A DNA stretch of 64,000 nucleotides, from assembly GCA_016200225.1 (NCBI GenBank), contig JACQFD010000025.1:23184-87183 (forward strand), given 5' to 3'. Position numbers and translations under genes: made by a program. This stretch comes from Planctomycetota bacterium (GTDB taxonomy: Bacteria; Planctomycetota; UBA1135; JACQFD01). Below, piece by piece: positions 27,388 through 35,183 of this stretch; the stretch's first letter is position 1; each line of letters begins with the position of its first letter. The notes beneath the pieces are model-generated. The model made no database searches. It was not told the origin of the DNA and saw only the letters and a list, made by a program, of their open reading frames with translations.

Positions 27388-29112
27388 TTGCGACACTGGA
27401 GACACCGCGTCGCCGTGACTCTCCGCCCCCTGTCGTGCGCGATCGCGATTATTTTCATACTCCCACGTTGGAGCGCGATGCCGTCGACGCAAGGAGGCGA
27501 GATCGCGCAATCCACGGCCTCGAGTCAAGCCGCGTCGAAGCCAAAATCATTTATTATCGTGGATGAACCCGTCTACGCACTTTGCGATATGCTAAGATTC
27601 GCGCGCGGTCGGCGGTCTGACACGGTTCCTAATGATACGGGCATTATCTTCAAGTCAATCCTTGATAAGTTAGATGGGTTCCAGCTTCCATCCGACGATG
27701 CCGTGGATGCCTGCAGCTCGTATGCTTGGTATTATCGGAATACAGAATATGATATGTGGCCGCTTGACCGATCGTTGCACGGCGACGTGCCGGGGGAAAA
27801 ATACACAGAAATTCGGAGTGCGTTGCAAAGACTAGCGAAGGTTATTGATATTGATGCATGGTGGAAGCGCGAAGAACAAACCCGCAACTCGATACGCAAA
27901 GTATACGAAACCGCGTTGGGCACGTCCGATCCTCCCAAGGATCAGTCAGATTATCTCCGCATGCCGATTCCGAGCGTCGTCATTCGATTTACATATTTCC
28001 GCGAACGATACAGTGGAGCGTGGTGTCGCGGAATCAACATGGCGGGGGACGCGACGTTTATTGAAGTTACTCCGGTCGAACAGCCATCAGACGTCGGACA
28101 GATGTTACGGTATAGTATTGGACATTCAATCATAGATCGGTTTGCTCCAGAAGCTGTAAAGAAGCGCTCGACGTTGATGAGTTTCCTGGTATCGCACTCC
28201 CGGTTGTGGGGCGAGAATGTAATGCAGTATCGTGATCCGAATTGTGCACTCTCCGAGCAGACCCTTCTCGCGATAGAAGGCCGCTACCAGTTGAAACACT
28301 TCGGCAAAGAGCAGGCCAGGCGGGATATGTCCTATCGAGTACACGAGGGGCTCGTCCTTTCGCCGCTCATCGAACCGTTGTTCGAACAATTCGAAATTCA
28401 TCCGGAGAAGTGGCCGACATTTGGAGACTTCGCCCCGCAACTATACTTGCTTCTTCAGGAGAAGGTGTACTCCGGAGTCGATTGGTCGGAATTGTACATT
28501 AATAATGATAATGACAAGATTGAGTCTTCCGAGCTTGCTCGCGACGTCATGCGGGCGTGCGAGAATTTTAGCTTCCCACAACGGAACGAATCGTCGCCGC
28601 CGGAGTTTCAGAGATTGACCGATTCATTTCTCTCGGCCATCGCGGTGAATTGGGGGGCCATGGCGCCGGCGAGCCGCCCCGCGACGACGGCCGGGAGCCG
28701 TCCGAACGCGGATACGGCCGTGCAAATTTATATTATCGAAAAAGGGGACGACCTGCCGCTCGGCGTGAGATCGCCCGTTCGTTTCGAGAAAGGCGGGTGG
28801 ATCGTTAACGATTCGTCGACGGAGCCGGGCGACGACACTCCAAAGAAACTAAAAATTGAAAACGCAATAATGAAAGGCGGTTTTGTCGCCGCCGGGCGGT
28901 TCCCAAAAAATTCGCCGGGCGCTCGGGATTGTATACTAGTCCATCCGCCCAAGTCCTGGCCCGACGGTTGGGGCGATTTATCCACAAACATTTTGACGGT
29001 GTCGCCGCTGCTTGTCGAACGCATGGATGCGACTAGTAATAGCAAGATGGAGGAAACGCGCACATGGCGGCCGGTCGCGGCAAGTCTGAAAACGATTAAA
29101 CGAAAAAAGTGA
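27388..29112 (+). CDS. Secreted hypothetical protein, DUF4932-like
   Basis: Signal-like N-terminus; GHSII..QY..LSE..LAIE and FEQFE..KWPTFGDFAPQL resemble DUF4932. Start uncertain. Confidence 0.5.
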   Translation: MRHWRHRVAVTLRPLSCAIAIIFILPRWSAMPSTQGGEIAQSTASSQAASKPKSFIIVDEPVYALCDMLRFARGRRSDTVPNDTGIIFKSILDKLDGFQLPSDDAVDACSSYAWYYRNTEYDMWPLDRSLHGDVPGEKYTEIRSALQRLAKVIDIDAWWKREEQTRNSIRKVYETALGTSDPPKDQSDYLRMPIPSVVIRFTYFRERYSGAWCRGINMAGDATFIEVTPVEQPSDVGQMLRYSIGHSIIDRFAPEAVKKRSTLMSFLVSHSRLWGENVMQYRDPNCALSEQTLLAIEGRYQLKHFGKEQARRDMSYRVHEGLVLSPLIEPLFEQFEIHPEKWPTFGDFAPQLYLLLQEKVYSGVDWSELYINNDNDKIESSELARDVMRACENFSFPQRNESSPPEFQRLTDSFLSAIAVNWGAMAPASRPATTAGSRPNADTAVQIYIIEKGDDLPLGVRSPVRFEKGGWIVNDSSTEPGDDTPKKLKIENAIMKGGFVAAGRFPKNSPGARDCILVHPPKSWPDGWGDLSTNILTVSPLLVERMDATSNSKMEETRTWRPVAASLKTIKRKK

Positions 29113-29184
29113 TTCTCCATTGCGCCTCGCGTATGGCCGCCATTCGCAAGAGACGACCGCGACTCAGCGGATCTTCCCATGGAC

Positions 29185-29244
29185 TTGACGCGAGGTAGAG
29201 TTCTGGATAGTCTGGATAGATACGGTTCCTATAACGTGAACCGT
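29185..29244 (+). promoter_or_regulatory. Sigma-70 promoter and operator-like repeats of the TA operon
   Basis: TTGACG-N17-TAGTCT, overlapping direct repeat TCTGGATAG x2, and inverted repeat ACGGTTC-N9-GAACCGT. Confidence 0.55.
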
Positions 29245-29257
29245 CCCGAACCGAAAT

Positions 29258-29533
29258 ATGGTTACCCATCGCCGTACAACCTCGACTAAATCCGCCATTG
29301 GCGTTTTTAACGTTAAACAACACTTGAGCGAAATTCTCGACCGCGTCGAGAAAGGCGAGTCGATCGTGATTACGCGCCACGGCGGTCCTGTCGCGCGACT
29401 TGTGCCTTTCACGCAGCCGATCAATTACACAAGCGTTGTAGACGTAATTAATAATTTAAAGAAACTCCGCAAGGGAGTTCGCCTTCCCAAAGGTGTCACC
29501 ATTCGACAGCTAATTGACGAAGGGCGGCCCTAG
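29258..29533 (+). CDS. Phd/YefM family antitoxin
   Basis: IGVFNVKQHLSEILDRVEKGESIVITRHGGPVARLVP. Confidence 0.9.
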   Translation: MVTHRRTTSTKSAIGVFNVKQHLSEILDRVEKGESIVITRHGGPVARLVPFTQPINYTSVVDVINNLKKLRKGVRLPKGVTIRQLIDEGRP

Positions 29534-29534
29534 C

Positions 29535-29954
29535 ATGCTTATCCTCGATTGTTCCGTTACAATTGCATGGTGTGTCGAGAGCGAAACAACGGCCTTTACC
29601 GAGGCGGTACTTGCCGCCGTTGCCCGGGATGGAGCCGTGGCACCCGGCCTTTGGGCGATCGAAGTCGCGAATGTGTTGTCCATCCACGAAAGGCGAAAGA
29701 TACTAACAAACGACAAAGTCAGGCGATTTCGTGAAATTCTCGCGAAATTTAATATTCAATTGGAGCATCACACGCGCGAACGCATGCTTTTCGAAGTGTT
29801 GGATTTGAGCCGAAAGCTCGGATTGTCAGCGTATGACGCAACCTATCTCGATCTTGCAATGCAGCTTCGATTACCTCTTGCTACGCTGGATCGTCCGCTC
29901 TTGGAGGCGGCAAAAAAAGTAAATGTCGAAATATTTCACGCCGCCGCCGAATGA
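29535..29954 (+). CDS. vapC: VapC (PIN domain) toxin
   Basis: LILDCSV, EVANVL, LSAYDATYL and LATLD; ATG 1 nt after the antitoxin stop. Confidence 0.9.
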   Translation: MLILDCSVTIAWCVESETTAFTEAVLAAVARDGAVAPGLWAIEVANVLSIHERRKILTNDKVRRFREILAKFNIQLEHHTRERMLFEVLDLSRKLGLSAYDATYLDLAMQLRLPLATLDRPLLEAAKKVNVEIFHAAAE

Positions 29955-30089
29955 TCCGATATCGTTCAATACACGCTATAATTAGTGATTGGTTCGCTCC
30001 GAAAATATTACCATAGAAGCGCCAATCTGGAAGTGTTATCACAAGCATCTCGCAGAGCGAGCTCGAGAGACTTATGAAACCACTTCTAA

Positions 30090-33000
30090 TCACTCAACTT
30101 CGAACGTCGCCGTCGCCCGTTTGCCGGCGACAATGGTAACATGCTGTTCGATCGGCTCGCGGTCGGGGATTTCGAGGCGGACGATGAGTTCACCGGTTGG
30201 AAATCCGTGTTCGGCGCTGACGCGATAGTCGAGGCCGCTTAAAGTATAAAGAGTTTTCCCGGCCGTATTTTTAATAATAATTTTCGAACGTTCGGCCATG
30301 TCCAATTGCGCCTCGGTCGCGGCCGGACCTGAGAATTCGAGTTTTATTAAAGTGCTATTTATCTTGATTCGAAGCGTTCCCGCCGCCGAGATTTCGGGAT
30401 CGCATAGGACTTCGTTCGCGCCGACGGTGATTACAGTTTCATGCGTCACTGCCCACTTCGCGGCGTATATATATTCTCCGTACGGATCGGGCGTTCTGTA
30501 AACAGAGACGCGCCAGATTCCGGGCGCGACGCCTTCAATCTTAAATTGACCATTCGCGGCGACGGCGGTCTTGGGCGACGGATGGCCGGCCGTATTCATG
30601 GTATCGACGGGGTCGAGTCCGATCTCGAAACCGTCGAGCGCGACGCCCGCGGGCGCGTGTACGGTTCCGCGGACGGCCGTGCCGTGTCCGAGCGCGGTCG
30701 CGCGCGAAGCCGTGGCGTCCGCGACAATGGTAATATTAGGAATCCGTTCGGTGGCATATCCCTCGGCCGAAACGCGCAATTCATATTCGCCGGGACCCAC
30801 TCCGTCGAATTGCGCGCGTCCGGGGATTCCGGGGCGTCCGTAGAACGAACGCAGACCGCGGACGAGCATCGCCGTGAATTTTAATAATGGTTTGCCCGTC
30901 GCGGCGTCCGTCACGGCGAGTTCGAGCGAGCCCGCGGGCGCGTCCGCGTCGTCGTTCTCGAATTCTAGTATTACATTTTCGGCGCCGGCGCTGATATTAC
31001 CAATCGACGATTGAATCGATTCGAATTTGCCCGTCGTCGTCCGCCGCTGGTGCCTCGCGGTTATAGTAAATACGCCCTCCGGAACGCCTTTTAACTCGAA
31101 CGATCCGTCCTCGCGCGCGGTCGTGTACGCGAGCGAGAAGTTCGGGTCGCGGGTCGTATTCTTTGGATCCGACACTTTAACAAAACTGCCGACGGCCGGG
31201 CCTCCGTCGTGGCGCAACGCGATTCCACGAATGGTCTTTGCCGGATTCATAATCAATTTTATTTGTTGGGTCTCACCGGCGCGCGCCTCGAACGACTCGG
31301 ATTCGACGCGGGAAAAACCGTCCGCCTCCGCCATGACCGAGCGCGTTTCCGCGCTCTCCGCGCTTGACGAACTCCGAACGCTTAGATTTATTTTAGCTTT
31401 CCCGCCGGAATCCGTCACGCGCGTCGCGGTCATTGTCGCGGGACCGAACGGTATGATTTGCAACCCCGCTCCCGCGACGGGCCGGCCGTCCGCGCTTATA
31501 ACAGTAACCTCGACGGTCATATCGGTTTTCTTCGGCGCATCCGGATCATGAGCAAGCCCGCGCGGAAGGACGAGATCGGGAGCGTCGGCGACCGTACCGG
31601 CGCGAATCTTAACATTCACTTCGTGACGCACGGGTTCCCGCGGCGGAATTGTATTGACCACCGGCGCGTCGAGATTCGTTCGAACTGTAACATCGGTCTC
31701 GTTCGTCGAACTCGCTTCAATGGTATTGATTTCATAGTGTCCGTCGGCGCTCGTCACGGCCATGGCGCCCGCGCCGGGCGCGATCTCGGGATCCACCCAC
31801 GAACGTTTTTCGCCCGACCCGCGCGGAACGAAAACTGTAACTTTCTCGAACGGCGCGCTGTGTTCGTCGACGACTCTTCCGCGAACCGTCGCCGCGCGCA
31901 TTAATCGTAATGTTTGTTCAACAGTGGAGCCCGCCGGCGCGGCGTCCACGTGCATTCCCATCGTTACATAACCCCGAGCCTCGACGGCGATCTCGCACGC
32001 CTTCGGTTTCTCGCCTTGGATACGCTTGATATCATTTTGAATTCCAGGCGCGTGCTCGAATATAAACGTTCCATCGGCGCCCGATTTCGTTTCTTTATAA
32101 ATCCACGTTCCGAAAGGATTCATAATTACAGTTCCACGGATGTTGTTCCCACCCAGTCCTCCGGTATTCCAAAGAACGATGCGCGCGTCGGAGACCGGTT
32201 TTCCAGTTTCGTCGTCGAGCACGGACCCTGTCAGCGTCACGCCGCGATTCATGACGAAATCCTTCGATAATTTAAGGTCGCCTGAAAAAGGATTCCCATT
32301 TTCGGATATAACAAGTGGAGCATAACCTTCGGCCCGTACCATGTAGCGATCGGCCGACATTCCTATCGAACCCGTTACTTTCGAAACGGAAAGTAAATCA
32401 TCAATTCGATAACTGCCATCCGCGGCCGACACGCCCTTTCGCTCGAAACCCGAGAATCCATGGAATACGCTTAATGTAATTTCCGCGCAGGCGATGGCGA
32501 CGCCCGCTTCGTCGACGACGCGGCCTGTTTGCGACTGCGCGTGTTCGAGCCGGTATTGTTGTTCGACGTTGGGCGTCGCCGGATGAATAAGTTCGGGAGA
32601 AAAGCCCTTCGCTTCGATCAGTAGTATCAATCGCGATTCCCCCTCGAGGAGCGGAATTTCGAACGTCCCGTCGGCCGCGGAAACAGCGGCGCGCACATTG
32701 TTACGATTCATTTTCGCATCCGATGCCACGATCGCGCTTTTCGGCGGGCTTGGCGCCGCCGTGATTCTCGCGCCTGCAATGTTGTGGTTTTGTAAGTCTG
32801 CAATTCGTCCGTACACGCGCGGCACGTTCGCATTCGCCGGCAGTCGCTGCGGTTGCGATTCCGCGCCGTTCTTCTTCGCGGCGGATTCCTTTTCGTTAAT
32901 AATTGTATTCGAGGGAACCGACGCGGCCGCGAGTCCTCCCGAGTCCGACGGTGGATTGTTTATAATAATTCCCGGCGAGTGAAGAACGCTCCAACCGATC

Positions 33001-33635
33001 CAGATTCCAAATATCAATAATGCCGCGACGGCGGCCGCCTGCATCCATGCTTTCATAAAGAGTACTCCCGCGCCCGCGGATGTGAATAAACTGGAACGTC
33101 CAATTTTAATAAAAGGAAGAAGCGAAACCGCCCATGCGTCGCGCCCGCCGGGCGTGCGCGCGTCGAGCGCCTCGCGAAGTTGTTCGGTCCCGCGGCGGAT
33201 GCGCGTCCGCGCCGTTTCGACGGGAATTCCGAGTCGGCGCGCGACTTCGCGCGGCGGCAATTGTTCATAATAATGCAACAAAAGCGCCGATTGGTACGGT
33301 GCGTCGAGTTTTAACAATTCTTCGACCACGGCGCGGCGCGCCGACTCGCGCTCGGCGACGTCGACCACCGACGGAACGGTCTCGCGGCGAGCGGCCGCTT
33401 TTTCGCGCGCCGCGCGGTTGCGATCGCTACGAATCATCTGGCGCGCCGAATTTCTCAAAACGGCGGCCACCCAGTTGCGCAACGGCGTCCGCGGACCCGG
33501 CCCGCGCCGCAAAAACGAAAGCCACAATTCCTGCGCCGCGTCCTCCGCGCGGTGCGGATCTGTTATCAACGCGCGCGCCAGATCGCGGACAAAATCACCG
33601 TCGGCAAGGAGCGTTTTGGGATCCATTGGAGGCAT
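30090..33635 (-). CDS. ECF sigma-70 factor fused via a TM helix to carboxypeptidase-regulatory-like repeats
   Basis: AEDAAQELW and EVARRLGIPVETARTRIRRG, then a TM helix and multiple G.VvDe.G..GA.I / ADG.f / AEGY repeats. Confidence 0.85.
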   Translation of the reverse strand: MPPMDPKTLLADGDFVRDLARALITDPHRAEDAAQELWLSFLRRGPGPRTPLRNWVAAVLRNSARQMIRSDRNRAAREKAAARRETVPSVVDVAERESARRAVVEELLKLDAPYQSALLLHYYEQLPPREVARRLGIPVETARTRIRRGTEQLREALDARTPGGRDAWAVSLLPFIKIGRSSLFTSAGAGVLFMKAWMQAAAVAALLIFGIWIGWSVLHSPGIIINNPPSDSGGLAAASVPSNTIINEKESAAKKNGAESQPQRLPANANVPRVYGRIADLQNHNIAGARITAAPSPPKSAIVASDAKMNRNNVRAAVSAADGTFEIPLLEGESRLILLIEAKGFSPELIHPATPNVEQQYRLEHAQSQTGRVVDEAGVAIACAEITLSVFHGFSGFERKGVSAADGSYRIDDLLSVSKVTGSIGMSADRYMVRAEGYAPLVISENGNPFSGDLKLSKDFVMNRGVTLTGSVLDDETGKPVSDARIVLWNTGGLGGNNIRGTVIMNPFGTWIYKETKSGADGTFIFEHAPGIQNDIKRIQGEKPKACEIAVEARGYVTMGMHVDAAPAGSTVEQTLRLMRAATVRGRVVDEHSAPFEKVTVFVPRGSGEKRSWVDPEIAPGAGAMAVTSADGHYEINTIEASSTNETDVTVRTNLDAPVVNTIPPREPVRHEVNVKIRAGTVADAPDLVLPRGLAHDPDAPKKTDMTVEVTVISADGRPVAGAGLQIIPFGPATMTATRVTDSGGKAKINLSVRSSSSAESAETRSVMAEADGFSRVESESFEARAGETQQIKLIMNPAKTIRGIALRHDGGPAVGSFVKVSDPKNTTRDPNFSLAYTTAREDGSFELKGVPEGVFTITARHQRRTTTGKFESIQSSIGNISAGAENVILEFENDDADAPAGSLELAVTDAATGKPLLKFTAMLVRGLRSFYGRPGIPGRAQFDGVGPGEYELRVSAEGYATERIPNITIVADATASRATALGHGTAVRGTVHAPAGVALDGFEIGLDPVDTMNTAGHPSPKTAVAANGQFKIEGVAPGIWRVSVYRTPDPYGEYIYAAKWAVTHETVITVGANEVLCDPEISAAGTLRIKINSTLIKLEFSGPAATEAQLDMAERSKIIIKNTAGKTLYTLSGLDYRVSAEHGFPTGELIVRLEIPDREPIEQHVTIVAGKRATATFEVE

Positions 33636-33773
33636 TCGACGATACGAAATGCGGCGCGGCGCGGATTCGGTTCACCGCCGCGCGGGCCGCCAGCATACGG
33701 CGCCGGCCGCCCGACCGTCGAATTGTATATGGATTCGGGCGCGCCGCCGTCTCCGACGGCGCGAGGGTTCTTA

Positions 33774-35066
33774 CTATTTCAGCGCGCCCTCCATCTGGAC
33801 GACGTTCGAATTATTACGAATCTGCACGCGGCGCCCGGCGAGATCGCGCGCGTCGGCAACGCCATCGGGAAGCGGATCGCCGAGGGACGTGTCCGCGTGA
33901 AAATTAGTCTTGCCCTTTCCGGACGGAAGCGGTTGGAGCAGTCCGGCGCGCGTGAATTTATTTGTATTATTGCCCGTTTCGACCCAGACGATCGACGAGG
34001 CGTTGACCGGAAAACCCGAGCCCGCGACGTCGAAGATCGAACGACCGTCTTTACCGTTAAATTTAATGGTAACGGCGGCTTTCGCCGCGGACAGCGGCCC
34101 GGCCGACGCCGTCGGCGCGAGCGGAGCCTTTTCATTAAGATTCTTCACCGAACCTTTCGCCGCGGGCGCGGGAATGTCGCACCAAAGAATGACACGATTT
34201 GTCGAATCGCGAATCTGCGCCGTGCGGCCCGCCAGTGCCGACATATGCGGAACGCCGAGCTCCTTCGGCGCGTTATTCAAACCGGAAAGTAACAGTTGAT
34301 TCTTCCCGTCGACTTTGGCGTCGAATGTGAGTCCCGCGACAAAGTTATAAATGGAACTCGTCGGCGTCGATTGTATGTAAAGGCCGTACGCGTTCTGGCC
34401 CAGAATCGGAAATTCGGCTCCGAGAATGCTCAATTCTTCGACGGATCCGGATTCATTAATTATCAATTTTGCCCGCGCATCGCCGGCGACCATCACCGCA
34501 TTCTCGTCGCGTTGCATGTACATGGCGCCCTTCAGCGAGGGCGTTTTGTTTATAGCTCCCGCGACGAGCCTGGGCACATATCCGATCAGGGCGGTGACGT
34601 GCGCATTATTACGAATTTCCAACTTGCGGTCCGCGAGATCGTCGAGGGACGCGACGCCGAGCAGCGGATCGGGCTCTGCGCCTCCGTCGAGATTGAGATT
34701 CCAAAGTTGCGGTCCGCCCGGCTTCGGCGTATTTGTAGTCATCGTCCCGAGCGGGATGAATACCGAGGAGCCGGCCGCGTTCTCGAGAAATACTGAATAT
34801 ACAAATCCGCCGGTCGCCGGGAGTCCCTCGGCCGAGACGTCGAAAAGGTTCTTCGCGGCGCCTTTGTCGAGCGCGACGTGCCCGATCGCGTGCGAAAACG
34901 CGGGCAAAACCGGCGGGTGGAGCGCGCCGGTATTCTTAACATCCGCCCCCGCCGGGACGGAAAGGGCCAAATGAGCAAATGTAAACGCGGCGGCGAGCAA
35001 AGTTGCCATGGGAAGCCAAAGGTGGGAGAATCGCGTTGCGAACGAGAATCTTGAATAGGACACCAT
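33774..35066 (-). CDS. Secreted hypothetical protein with three internal repeats
   Basis: Signal peptide (alternative start 35009); repeats ending LDDLADRKLEIRN, MSALAGRTAQIRD and ARDLAGRRVQIRN. Confidence 0.7.
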   Translation of the reverse strand: MVSYSRFSFATRFSHLWLPMATLLAAAFTFAHLALSVPAGADVKNTGALHPPVLPAFSHAIGHVALDKGAAKNLFDVSAEGLPATGGFVYSVFLENAAGSSVFIPLGTMTTNTPKPGGPQLWNLNLDGGAEPDPLLGVASLDDLADRKLEIRNNAHVTALIGYVPRLVAGAINKTPSLKGAMYMQRDENAVMVAGDARAKLIINESGSVEELSILGAEFPILGQNAYGLYIQSTPTSSIYNFVAGLTFDAKVDGKNQLLLSGLNNAPKELGVPHMSALAGRTAQIRDSTNRVILWCDIPAPAAKGSVKNLNEKAPLAPTASAGPLSAAKAAVTIKFNGKDGRSIFDVAGSGFPVNASSIVWVETGNNTNKFTRAGLLQPLPSGKGKTNFHADTSLGDPLPDGVADARDLAGRRVQIRNNSNVVQMEGALK

Positions 35067-35122
35067 TTCTTGCTTTCCACCAACGGACGCCCTTTATTTC
35101 ACAATCGTCCGACGGGCAATTG

Positions 35123-35157
35123 AAAAAAAAGCGGCGCGTTTGACGGCGCCGCTTTTT
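35123..35157. terminator. Intrinsic terminator, bidirectional form
   Basis: A8-gcggcgc-loop-gcgccgc-T5. Confidence 0.8.
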
Positions 35158-35183
35158 GTAGTAGCTCGATCTTCGCGATCAAT

